From assembly GCF_009914755.1 (NCBI RefSeq), contig NC_060925.1: DNA of 64,000 bases; one strand, given 5' to 3'. Shown one piece after another: positions 12,633 through 27,256 of this stretch. This DNA comes from the human T2T-CHM13v2.0 reference genome, Homo sapiens. Every line of letters starts with the position of its first letter. The stretch's first letter is position 1. The notes beneath the pieces are model-generated. The model did no database searches and was not told the origin of the DNA. It saw only the letters and a list, made by a program, of their open reading frames with translations. The translations under genes and the position numbers were made by a program.

Positions 12633-14514
12633 AAAGGAAGAAAAATGACTCTCCCCTGGAGCCATTGCCTGGACTGTAACCCTCTCCAGGGGAGGCTGTG
12701 TTTTCTCCCTTAGACCTTGTGCCACCAGATGAGGAGGTCTGCATAGATAACCTCACTGTTCCTCACTGCCACTTTGAGACCATTCATTCTCCCTTTCTTC
12801 TCCCAAAAGAAGTTCCTGTTGTCATCAGACTAGATCATCCAATACTCCTCAGTGGCACCATTATCCACTGATTCCTGAGTCAATTCCTTTTTTCTCACTG
12901 TCACTGTCTCCAACATTACTTGTGCCTTAATTCTAAAAATGTCACCATATATGTAGATGATCTTTCCAACACACTGGTGCTTCATTTCCTTAAACCATCA
13001 CTTTCAATACCCTTCTCCTCCACGCTGCCTCCACTACTCACTTCCGTGTCATTATCACTAGCTGCGAACGCTCTGTAATGTCAATCTCATGCCTCCCACT
13101 CTTCCCACGAGCTCATATCTTTTCCTCGCACTGTCTGTGGTACTGTAACTTCAACCAGTTTTCGGCCCCATTAGGATTGGCAATCCATTGATCACAGTGC
13201 CATGTCACTACAGCACATGATATTGTCTCTTTCCTCTTTATCCAGATTAAAATCAAACCCAGTCAGTAGAGACACTCGCTTGTCCATGCTCTCTATGCCC
13301 ATCCCCTTCTGCTTTGTTGCACTTGCTTGTCATCCAGCCTTCAATGCCTCCAACTCTGTACTCCTGAACTGGTGCAGCCCAGCAAGACTAGGGAAAAACA
13401 AACTCCAAATTCATGCTGCATCGCAAGCGGACTCCTAATGTTCCCAAGCAGTCGTGCTTCTTATCTCTACTCCATTCATTCATCCAGTCTCCCAAAGGGT
13501 TATTTCACACTCCTTGACCTCTCCCCAAACTTCCAACGCCTTCTCTCTCATTCTTACCCTCAGCTTAAGGTCTTCCTCTTACTTCACATCCACAGACCAC
13601 ACTGCCTTCTCTTCACACTTTCCAGCATCTGAGTAAGTATCTAGGACCTGCCTTCCCATCTATGACCAAGAATGAACTGGCCACACTCCCATCTCAAGGC
13701 AGTGCCTCTACTTGTACCCGTATCCCATCCTCGTGTACACTCAGGACATCTCTTTGGCAATTACACCCTCTTCTATGAAAAAAAAAATCAATTTTCTTAC
13801 TCTACGCTGGATCACACTCATTAGCATACAGAATACTATTATTTTTCCCATATTAAAAAAAAAGAAACAAAAAAGGCCTTCCATTCTCCCCATATTCTCC
13901 ACCAGCCATTGTCCCATTTCTTCTCTTCCCTGTGTGACGATATCTGGAAAGCATTATCATTCAGTTATACCGAGTACCTCCATTCCCCACCTCTCCACTG
14001 ACATTGCTCACATTAAGGTTGCCCATGGCCTCCACACTGCCAAGTCCAAACCCCAATTCTCGATTTTAATCTTACTTAATCTTTCGGAGCACTTCACGTA
14101 GTCATTCATTCCTCCTCCTTGACACAATTTTCTCACTTGCCCTTTCAGTACATGCAACTCTGTTGTTTTTCTGTCCACTTCACATGTCCCTTCTTTTTGA
14201 CCCAACCTCTTAATTTTGGAGTACCTTTGAGCCCTTTATGGTCCCCTAGTCCCAAGGATTTCAATGGCAACTAAGTGCCAGTGGCTCCTATATTATATTT
14301 CAGCCCAAATCTATTTATCTTTCCAAAGTCTACTCAACAGTGCTACCTGGATGTTTAGGAGGCATCTCACCCTGCCCAAACTCAACGCTGATCATCCCAT
14401 TCTTCCCTATTTAGCACATAGCTTTCCTTACCTCAGTTACGGCAATTCTATTTTTGTAGGCCAAAAGCTTTGTAATCAAACTTGCAAGGGTGGCTCTAAT
14501 AAAAATTTAAAACC

Positions 14515-15178
14515 ATAATAGAAAATAACAAAAGGTGGTGAGGAAACCCTCATTCTCTCATTCTGGTGAGACTATAAAATAGTACAGCCACTGTGGAAAC
14601 AGTTTGGAAGTTCCTCAAAAGGTTAAACACAGAAATACCAAGTAATCCAGCAATTCCAACTCTAGGTATATACCCCAAAGAACTGAAAACAAGGATTGAA
14701 ACAAACATACATTTTCATCATCATACCATCACCATGGTCAGCAGTGGGAACAGCCCAAATGTCCATCGATGAATGAATAGAGAAGCACAAAGTGGTGTCT
14801 ATCCATACAGTGAAATAGCACTCCACCATAAAGAGGAGTGAAGTGCTGACACATGCTACATGATAGACTTTGAAGACATTATGCTAAGTGAAAGAAGCCA
14901 GACACGAAAGGTCACATATTGTGTGATTCCCTTTACATACAATGTCTAGAATATGTAAATCTACAGAAGTAGAAATTATCTTTGTGGTTGCCAGAGGCTT
15001 GGAAAAGGAAAAAATGGCAGGTGACTCTTTCTGGGTATGAGTTTCCTTATGGGGTGACAAAAATGTTTTAGAACTAAATAGAAGTGATCACATCATCGCG
15101 AACATACCAAATGCCACTGAATTGTACATTGAAATGGCTCATTTTAGGCTACATGAATTTCACCTCAATTAAGAAAAG
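14515..15178 (+). mobile_element. L1MB-type 3' fragment
   Basis: TACAGCCACTGTGGAAAC, CCAGCAATTCCAACTCTAGGTATATACC, GCTAAGTGAAAGAAGCCAGACAC, ends ATTTCACCTCAAT plus A-rich tail. Confidence 0.85.
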
Positions 15179-15654
15179 AGAATCTTCCTTGACTCCTTTC
15201 TTTCACTGATACTCCAAATTTAATCTCTCAGGAAATCACTCGGACTCTACACTCAAAATACATAAATATATCCAGAAGCCGAACCTTTCTCACCTGCACA
15301 CTATTACCAGTCTGATCCAGCCCAACATGATCTTTCTTTTGGATTATTACATGGACTCCTAATTGGTCTCCTTTATTATACTCTTATCACCTTATAACCT
15401 ATAATAGATTCTCAAACACAACGTGCAATCAGATCATGTCACTTGTCTACTTGAAACTCTGCAATGGCTTCCCATTTATTTCAGGGCAAGAGCTAAAGTT
15501 TTAACAATGGCCCAGGAGGCTCTGCATGATCTTGTTTCCTGGGCTCTGCTGCTAATCTCTCCCCTCTTCCATTTATTCTACTTTTATTCTCACACTTGTT
15601 CCCTCCAGTGCAGCCACACTGGCCTCTCTGCTGTTCTTCACAAATGCCAGGCAC

Positions 15655-15955
15655 GGCCGGGCACGGTGGCCTACGCCTGTAATCCCAGCACTTTGGGAGG
15701 CTGAGGCGGGTGGATCATGAGGTCAGGAGTTCAAGACTGGCCTGGCCAAGATGGCGAAACCCCATCTCTACTAAAAATACAAAAAAAATTAGCCAGGCAT
15801 GGTGGCGGATGCCTGTAATCCCAGCTACTCGGGAGGCTGAGGCAGAGAATTGCTTGAACCTGGGAGGCGGAGGTTGCAGTGAGCCGAGATCGTGCCACTG
15901 CACTCTAGCCTAGGCAACAGAGCAAGACTCTGGCTCATGGAGGGAAAGAAAACAG
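15655..15955 (+). mobile_element. AluSg-type SINE
   Basis: GGATCATGAGGTC (2-bp deletion class); 13-bp TSD AAATGCCAGGCAC; tail decayed to purine-rich sequence. Confidence 0.93.
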
Positions 15956-16434
15956 AAATGCCAGGCACATCCTTACCCAGTCTCAGATGCTCTTCCTCTG
16001 GAAAACCACTTGGCTAATTCCTTTACCTCCTTCAAGGCTTTGCTCAGATCACATCTTGTCAAAGAGTCTTATCCTGGCCACTTCATTTTATGCTGAATAC
16101 TGCCCACCTCCCACATACAATTCTGATTCCCCCATCCTACTCTAATTTTACTTTTTTCTCTGTGGCACTTTTCTAATATAACATATAATTGCAAAATAGT
16201 ATTATGTGTCTTCCCTTGTTAGGCTGTAAGCTTCATGAAGGGAAGTATTTTTGTTTGTTTTGTTGCCTGATGTATCCTAGGTGTGTAGCGCTGGCATACA
16301 GGAGATATTCAGTAATATTTACTGAATAGAACTGTAGAAAAACGGACCATCAAGATACTCAACAGATTAATAATAGTGACTGCTAGTGAGAAATTAGTAC
16401 GGGCATGCAATTAGGGACAGGTTCAAAAGAGACT

Positions 16435-17260
<826 letters not shown>

Positions 17261-18680
17261 TACTAAAAGAAACTTTGTCTTTCTCTGCAATGTTTTGTTT
17301 CTTTTTAGTTAAAAATGGTAATGTATATTCAGTGTTACCAAATGTTAACACTTGTCAGTTCTGGATATCTTGAAGGTAGTGGTTATAGTAGTCTGTGCAC
17401 TTTTGTACTGCTTAAATTTCTCAACATTTTAAGTACAAGCAAGAAAAGAAAGGCTTTGTGGTTTTTATAGCAAAGAGTCCCTTTGCTCCTCCAAAAAGAA
17501 TAAAAGTAGTCTTCTTAGAATTCCTGTAGCAATCTCGTTTCTTGACCAAATATAGCAATTTGGCAATTACCTCATCCCCTCCCTTATCACTAGAAAATGG
17601 AACTAGCAGAGTTATGAATACAGAAATATGATCTTCTTCATTAACTTGACCTCTCAACACTGTGCAATGATGGGAAAATCCAAGTTAAACAGAACCGGCG
17701 TTCCTAAGACACAATCATTGAAGTTACCATGAGGGCCCACCAGGTGGTGTGTGTGCATGGGAGTCCTTACTACTGAACGATGGTTCCCAAGCATCCCTGA
17801 GAAGCACCATCCCAAAATGGCCTTTGTTAGAGAGTTTATAAGCTGTTTCAGTCTATCTGTGACTTAGGTACTCATGAGTGAGTTCAGAGCTCTGAAGAAA
17901 GCCCCTTCCACTGTGCCCCCAGTAGAACCGCCCCCCAAAGCAATATCTCTATGTCACAGAGCCCTACAATCTCTTGGCAGAATTAAAATTGTATTTATTT
18001 TGGAAAATAAAACTGTGTGTACACTCATTTCCTTCTCAAACATTTCACAGCAAAACAAAAGTTGGAGTGCCAAGAGTTATAAAATTAGAGAGGAAATGAA
18101 AATCTGTTATTTTCATAACAAGGTCTTTTAACATAGCCAAAGTATTTTGAGTTCCAAAACAACTCACATCCCCAAATGGTAGTTTTCATAGTGATTTATT
18201 GACTTTAAGCATTTGTGATGGGCTGTAACCTAATTTTGAACAGAGCCATTTTTAAGTTATGCTGGAAGCTGCTGGATAATCTTTCCAATATGATGGTTAG
18301 ATCAACACCTAATATACAGACAAACTGTATGTAATAGCCTCATAATATGCCAGCCAGATACGTAAATTATCCTTATTTTTTTCATTGCAAAGTGAGATAA
18401 GCTTGTAGTAAATAAATTCAAGTAATTTGGGGGCAAAGTAAAATAGAATAGCCTTTCTTTACTTTTCACTGACATTTCACTCCTCAAATTAATTAAATAA
18501 CTTACTTCTTAAATTACTGTGGACAGTGTTGTGCCTATATCTGCAGACCTTTACAAACATGATTTTAATTTTTATTATACTAATTGAGATTTTACCATAC
18601 ACATTGTTCTGAAACATTCTACTCTTTACTTAACAGTTTTTATGATGGACTATTCTGGGTCAATATCAGCATATGTAAAT

Positions 18681-18743
18681 ACATACACACACACACATAC
18701 ACACACACGCACACACACACACATACACACACATATATATATA
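18681..18743. repeat. (CA)n-(TA)n microsatellite
   Basis: Directly visible. Confidence 0.9.
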
Positions 18744-18785
18744 CTTTTTCCCATTAATTTCTTTGATGACAATGGTATTTCACAA

Positions 18786-19052
18786 AATAATAATAGCAAT
18801 AACAACCACAGCAAACACTTCCATAATTCTTACTATGCATCATGCTCCACGTGGTTTACACATTTTAACTCAACCATGACTCACAACAACCCTATAAGAT
18901 AGGTACTATTTCTTATCCCCTTTACTGATGAAAAAACTGAGACATGAGAAGAAAAATAACTTCCTCAAGAGCATACAGCTAGTGAGCAGTGAAGCCGTGA
19001 TTCAGACTCAGGCAGTCTGGTTCCAAAGTCCACAGTCGTAACTGCCACACTA
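18786..19052 (-). mobile_element. MIR SINE
   Basis: Reverse MIR core: CACAACAACCCTATAAGATAGG...GAAAAAACTGAGAC...ACAGCTAGTGAG...GATTCAGACTCAGGCAGTCTGG. Confidence 0.85.
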
Positions 19053-19059
19053 GACTGAT

Positions 19060-19525
19060 TAGCTGCAAACTGCTTAAGAGTCCCCCTGGAAATGGACATC
19101 TGGATTGCCTCTTTGTTTACTACTTTAAACAATGCCACAATAAATATCCTAAAAATATATGCATCAGCGTATCTTGAAAGTGCATTTCTACAAGTGGGAT
19201 TGCTTGTATAGATGTTTAAAGAGTTAGTAGGTATGCCAAATTGATCTCCAGAGAAGCTGTGCCTACATTCTCCCAAATGGGGATGCTTTCCTGCCCTACA
19301 CTGACCATAGATGTTACCAATCATTTTTCTTTTTTGATAAGCTGATAGACATAAAACAGAATCGTGATGTTTCTCTAATCTGTATGGCCATAATAATGTG
19401 TGAGTTCAGCAACATTTCAAGTATTTATTGTCCACTTGTATTTATTGGTCTCTGGATTCTGAATTTCACCTTCTCACATTTTGGTCCATTATTCTATTGA
19501 GTTGTCTTTTCTCATGTATTTGTAA
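19060..19525 (-). mobile_element. Degraded L1ME-like fragment
   Basis: AAGTGGGATTGCT, TGCCAAATTGATCTCCAGA, TTTGGTCCATTATTCTATTGAGTTG resemble antisense old L1. Confidence 0.6.
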
Positions 19526-19530
19526 AAGCT

Positions 19531-19730
19531 TTGTTTTCGATAGGGTCTTGCTCTGTGGTCCAGGCTGGGGTGCAGTGGTGTGGTCATAACTCACTGTAAC
19601 CTTGAACTCCTAGACTCAAGTTATCCTCCCTCCTCAGCCTCCTGAGTAGCTGGGACTACAGACACAAGCCACTATGCCCAGCTAATTTTTAAAAAATTTT
19701 TAGACATGGGGTCTTGCTGTGTTGCCCAGG
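19531..19730 (-). mobile_element. 5'-truncated AluJ
   Basis: Right arm plus partial left arm; TSD TGTA(A/G)AAGCT. Confidence 0.9.
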
Positions 19731-20067
19731 TGTAGAAGCTCTTTGCACCACACATCTTGCTGTCCAGGGAACATGCACGAACCCCTGCCAGCATCCCCAT
19801 CCAGCACTTAGAACTATGGCTGCACAATCAGAACAGACTGCTGTGTAGGTCCAGAGAAGAAGAGCTGAAAACAGGACTCATAACGTCACAGTTGCTTCCC
19901 CAAAGCAAAATCACCAGCATAGTATACAGATAACAAAGCTTATCTGAGGCTATAGCCCACAATCTGCCCATGTAAAATCATTTCCCTTCATGATAAATAC
20001 TGTATCGATCCAGCTTGATGCACCAGGAAAAGCAAACCAGATGGGTGCCAAGAAAATTGGGAGGGGC

Positions 20068-20444
<377 letters not shown>

Positions 20445-21525
20445 TTAACCGGGTGGATTTAGGCAAGATAGTTCATTTTTCCCACCTCTAAGCCTTCGTA
20501 GAACAAGAATCATAAAACCAACCATGCAATGTTACAAGAATTAAGAAAAATGTAATCAGCTACTAGAGTCTAGCCACATAATAGGTGTTCAATTATTAAT
20601 ACTGAATAATACTTCCTATTATTACTATTAACACTACAAATATCAATACTCGTGGTGATGAAGGAGAGGCAAATGTAATTGATATACTGGCTCTGCCAGC
20701 TTCGGTATGGATAAAACTAGATGGCATTCTTCTACTTTTCAAATTAAAACTCATGTCTACCTTCATTTACCCAACGAGTAAAAACTTATCTTCCTTTCCT
20801 GCCCCTGTCTTCTTTCTGTGTCCAGGAATCTCAGCTGTGCTCAGAAGCCCAGCTCCGCTTGCTTGTATCCTGCAGCGCTAATGCGGGACTCAGGCGCTCC
20901 CCTTTGAGGTTAGTGGGCTCCTCAAACACCAGTCCTTGTCCAAGACAATGTGGCCAGGTCTCTGGCACGAAAAACACTGTAGATCCCCTTCCAGGCCACA
21001 GTGGTTCTTTGAGCAGTGAGAGAGTCCAAGCACCAACATGACATAGGACTAAACTTATCAAGGGCTCCCTGGTGGAGCTGGCCTGGGCTGTCTGCCTTTC
21101 ACCTCCTTAGACTCCTTCCCAGGGGGGCTATGTCAGAGCATCTGCCACCTCCCTGTTCCAGCTGCACCTACCCTTTACACCTCTCGGTTCCTGTCCTAAA
21201 CCTGCAAATTCCTCCATCTCTGCCCCAGCCCCAAACCTTGTTCTGTTGCAGACTGCAAGAAATAATTTTGGAAAAAAAAATCAGTGCTGGTTACTCTAGG
21301 ATGTCCTTTTCTCCTTCCATTTTACAAGAGACCTTCCTCAGATTTAGGCTACTCCTGAGGAGCCAATCCCATTGCAGCTGCCTATGAGGCAGCAGGAAGT
21401 GAAGGTCTTGGAAGCCCATAACTGACTCACTTTGGTGCTTAGGAAGTTAATTCCTGAGCGAAATGGGTTTAAAATATATCATCCACCTTGCTAGACCCTC
21501 AAGGTTTAGTTGTTCTTCTATATCT

Positions 21526-21677
21526 AGTACTGTAAATACTAGATATCCATGTTTTATTTTATTTTCTTAACCTCCAAATACCTTGAGATTTTATGAGAAA
21601 AGAGAAAAAAGGACATATAAAAAGAGAAAAGGGACAGAGGAGAATTTAAAGAAGTACCGTAAATACTAGATATCCAT
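21526..21677 (+). repeat. 102-bp templated insertion (21551-21652) flanked by a 25-bp direct duplication
   Basis: AGTAC(T/C)GTAAATACTAGATATCCAT at 21526-21550 and 21653-21677; insert is a diverged direct copy of 22936-23037. Confidence 0.9.
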
Positions 21678-24127
21678 ACACAATACACAATGACAACACT
21701 GGCTGGATTCCTAAAACAGAGTTTTAGATGAACTATGACTATTTTGGTGAGAGTATTTCCTACAACAAAATGTGTTCTGAACTTTGAAGCCAATCAAGTT
21801 TGTTACATAATGAGCTGGAGAAGAACCAAGATTATGATTTTTCTTCATGTTCCTACTGTTAGCTATCCCAGTTTATGGAGTATTTGAAAGCAATTTGCTT
21901 TAATTAAGTCAGTGAAGTGATAGAAACTTGCTGAAAACATTGACTGAGCTGCTTCCACAGACCATCCTTTTTTAAATTAAGGGACTCTGGGAGACCACCC
22001 TGTTCGATTTCAATAACCCACAAGATTATGTATTTCACTTGGTGTTGCAAAAATATCTAAGCACATTGAACTTAAAACTGTGGAAAAAGAAAGCACTGCT
22101 GATTTGTTCATGGAAGGGCAGGTGTTTGCATTTAAATTGGACTTGTTCACAGAGCAGAAAATGGAGTCTGCACTCATTTCCCACCACGGAGCTACTTGGG
22201 GCTCAGTGGAATCATTGATTTTGAGAAACTGAAGATGCATGGGCTTGATAACCTCACAATTTCTAAAGATATTCTCAGATGGTTGATGAATAAGGAGCAC
22301 ACTTTGTTTGCTTCGATGCCTTTGAACATGTCTGAATGACCAGGCATCTGATTCAGTGTCAAGGTGCGCCGATAGAGCAGAAGGCAAACCCTGCTGATCA
22401 TTCCTATGAGTTTGCAGATGAAACCTAGAATGATCCTACAATGTCTGTCTCTGCAGCCAAATTCTGGGCAAGGACTGCTTACATATTGCTGTGTAAAAGT
22501 ATATTCTTGTTCACAAGGCTGTTGGAATTAAAATGCAGTACTGCTTTCAGCTGTGTAAACCTGGAGTCAAAGTATAATGTTCTCTACTTGATATTCTCAA
22601 TTATGAACTGGTGTAGTCTGTTAAATGCAGCAGTCGCTTTGGCTTGAACGAAATTTATCAGTAATTTTACTTGATCAAATGACTAAAGTTGTAACTATTT
22701 TTGACAAAAAATAAAGTTAAATAGACTCTATATTTTAAAATCTAAAATATTTTCTTTTTCTTGGTTAACAGTCTCTACTTTATCAAATCCGTGTGTTCCA
22801 TCTATGAATTTCAGATTATGGAGCCCATCAAATGAACAATTTACAAGTATCCAAGGTGTGACCGCTTCTTAAATGGTAAAATCATTTGAGTCTTAAAGAT
22901 TATTTTTAAGAAGAAATTAGGAGTAAAAAGAGAATATTTTATTTTATTTTCTTAATCTCCAAATACCTTGAGATTTCAAGAGAAAAGAGAAAAAAGGACA
23001 CATAAAAACAGAAAAGAGACAGAAGAAAATATAAAGAAGAATGTTCAAGTATGATCTGAAATGTAAGTCTAAAATAGCATGTTAACATTCAGCAGTACAA
23101 TGATGCTTAATCAGAGCCCCCAAAGGATAATTCAATTAGCAATACATCACGGTGCTGCTGGAGTTCCCAAACCTAGATTTAAAGAGTAAGACATACTTCT
23201 TGTGGATTAAAAATAACCAAAAATGGTAGAGGAATTTAAAAGAAGTAGATACAAACAGAATTGGGAAGACAAAAGAAACTGGAGTCTGGGCTCTGTTTCA
23301 ATATAAATTTGAAGTATGTCCTTGAGTAAATCAAGAGCACTCCATTTTGGTTCAATTTCCAAATGGAAAAGACACTTACTCCCTTGTACAGGGCCAGCGT
23401 GAAGATTAATGAGACAATACACAGTAAGTAGAAAGAATATAAAAGTAGATCGATGTTACACAGGCTAGTTGTAATCTAATGCTATTAGAAAAAAATGGTT
23501 TGTATGTCCAGTATTACTAAACATGAGTATAGGTATGCTCTATAACATGGCATGAGGCCTATTGAAAAAGATCAAGGTAAAAATCATATAAAAGTTTTTC
23601 TCTCCAAAGGCAAAATAATCTTGCAGAGTGTATACACGAAGGACTGTTACTAAAAGCCATAGATTAGCTCTAGTAATTAGTAGGATACCAGCAAGAATGT
23701 CTGTCATCTTCCTGGGAGCATCCAGGGAAGAAAATAGAAGGTTGCTTGTGTGCATTAAAAGAATTTACTGGGCTAATATGAGCTAGCATTGTAGCAAAGT
23801 GGGTGCTGAGAAATACCCCCACAAAATAGTAAGAACTTGAAAAAAACAATTATAGACAATAATGAGTACCACTGAGTTTTTTTAAAAATGAGTTTCAACT
23901 GTTCAATGGGAACATTCCATTACCCGAGACAATAGTTTTGTGGAGTGCAATTGCCTGTAAATCTGTTGAGTTTCAAATACAAATAAGCCCAGCACCAAAT
24001 GGACTGTTAACCCACGTGATAATAGCTTTATTATATAGGCATTACAAAATTAATTCCAAGGAAACACTTTTTCCAGAATTAGCATCTCCAAGAAGTTAAG
24101 TCTGAGCTGAGAAATCAGTGAGAGACA

Positions 24128-24200
24128 TTAGGCAAAAGTAACTGCGGTGTTTGCCATTACTTGCAATGGCAAAACCGCAATTACTTTTGCAACAACCTAA
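24128..24200. mobile_element. MADE1 MITE (Hsmar1-derived palindrome)
   Basis: GCAAAAGTAACTGCGGTGTTTGCCATT...AATGGCAAAACCGCAATTACTTTTGCAACAACCTAA followed by TA; left TIR has a small deletion. Confidence 0.95.
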
Positions 24201-24204
24201 TATA

Positions 24205-25050
24205 AGCCTCAATCTCTCCTTCAAGTGCCACTGGCCATCCTACCGGGATTCCCACAGACCCATAACGTCAGCATGTGTAACAGAATTCATCATCACCCCT
24301 AAAGCTGCTCCTCTTCTGTCTTCTATGTTCAGCTGGTGGTACCAGGACCTAAGACAGAAACTGGGATTACTTCCCCTCACTATCCCATATTCAATCAGCT
24401 GCCAAGTCCCTTCAAAATTACGTCCAAAATATTCTTCAATTATGTCCCTTTCTTCTCAATTCCCACTGCCAGGGTTTTAATTGAGCTGCTCATTATCCCT
24501 TATTTAAGATATTGCAATAGAGCCTAAACTGGTCTCCCTGTCATTTTCCTACATCCATCTCCATGTAGTCACAAAAGCTGTCTTCCAAATACAGAACTGA
24601 TTAGGTTATTCCTTTGCTTAAAACCCTCTAGTAAAAGCATGGCCTACATCCTGACCTGGCTCCTCCCTTTCTCTGCAGTATCATCACTTCTGCTACCCCT
24701 CATCTTTCATTTATATCCATAAATACTGTTATTCTCAAAATACATCACATAGGCGCCCCTGCATCCATCACACAGGTTCCTAATTGTCTTTCAACACCCA
24801 CACCTGAAATCACCTTCTCTGCAAACTCTTCTCTGCCTGCTCCGTATTGATTGCACTTTCTCTGTGCTACCCCTGTAGTTGGCTCACAGTTCTGTTGCTG
24901 CATTTAACAATGCATTATAAATATGTATTTATATGTATATTGTCCATAATTTATGAGCTTAGAGGGCAGAGCTGTTTCTTAGTTATTCATGCATCTCTCA
25001 TGTCCAGCATAGTGCCTGGCAAAACCAGTAGTCAAGAAATAAATGCTGCA
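24205..25050 (+). mobile_element. Degraded L2
   Basis: TCATCATCACCCC, CTGGTCTCCCTG, CTTAAAACCCTC and L2 end AGCATAGTGCCTGGC. Confidence 0.65.
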
Positions 25051-25109
25051 TTGAAAGGCTTGAGCCTCTAAGCAAGCAGAGGCCAGCTATCTATCTCCCC
25101 TTGGTGTCA

Positions 25110-25511
<402 letters not shown>

Positions 25512-25615
25512 TTACCTATCCTTCTTGTCTAAGATATCCCGCCCAAAACAGTTCACAGGAGCATCTTTAGCAGAGAAAAAACAGAACAGCGAGGAGACTC
25601 TAAACATACTGTCAT

Positions 25616-26372
<757 letters not shown>

Positions 26373-26814
26373 ACCCCCCCAAATGGAGCGTTTAGTAAGT
26401 AAAAGAAAACACCTGGGGCTGCCAGGTGGCAAGGAAATCACAAACTTTTTTCTAGGATTATTGAATTCCAGCTTAGAATAAGTAAAAACTGGTATCAGGA
26501 TTAATTGACCTTAAAGATACCTTCTAGTCCTGATAATGCTATGATCATTACAAGAGATCATTACATCCTCTTAAAAGGATGTTTAATTACAGACAGCACT
26601 AAGATCTACATTTAAGAGCTCAAAACACTTCCATAAATGGGCTAGGATTTTAGGTGACACTTCATCTAAAATTCATAGGATGGTATAGATCAAGGCCAGA
26701 CCAAAACTGGAATTCAGATACTTCTGTTACCCTTTCTGTTCTTCTCCCACCCCAGGTTTATTTTTTTTCATTGATTGATGTGCACACTGAAGGACTTCCT
26801 GGGAAAATAATTCA

Positions 26815-27256
<442 letters not shown>

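Larger units (their letters stand above)
12770..16330 (+). mobile_element. Long L2 (L2a-like) element interrupted by L1MB and Alu
   Basis: C/T-rich L2 ORF2-like sequence from ~12770, L2 3' terminus GTAAGCTTCATGAAGG...ATTTACTGAAT at ~16330. Confidence 0.75.

Noticed and set aside
22010-22647. ORFs of 125, 69 and 68 aa as a processed pseudogene or viral fossil
   Set aside because: Manual translation gave no protein family I recognise, and there is no poly-A or TSD; a TBLASTX search would settle it
21551-23037. A 1.5-kb novel LTR-like element bounded by ~100-bp direct repeats
   Set aside because: No TG...CA ends, PBS, PPT or outer TSD; the 25-bp duplication brackets only the first copy, which fits a templated insertion
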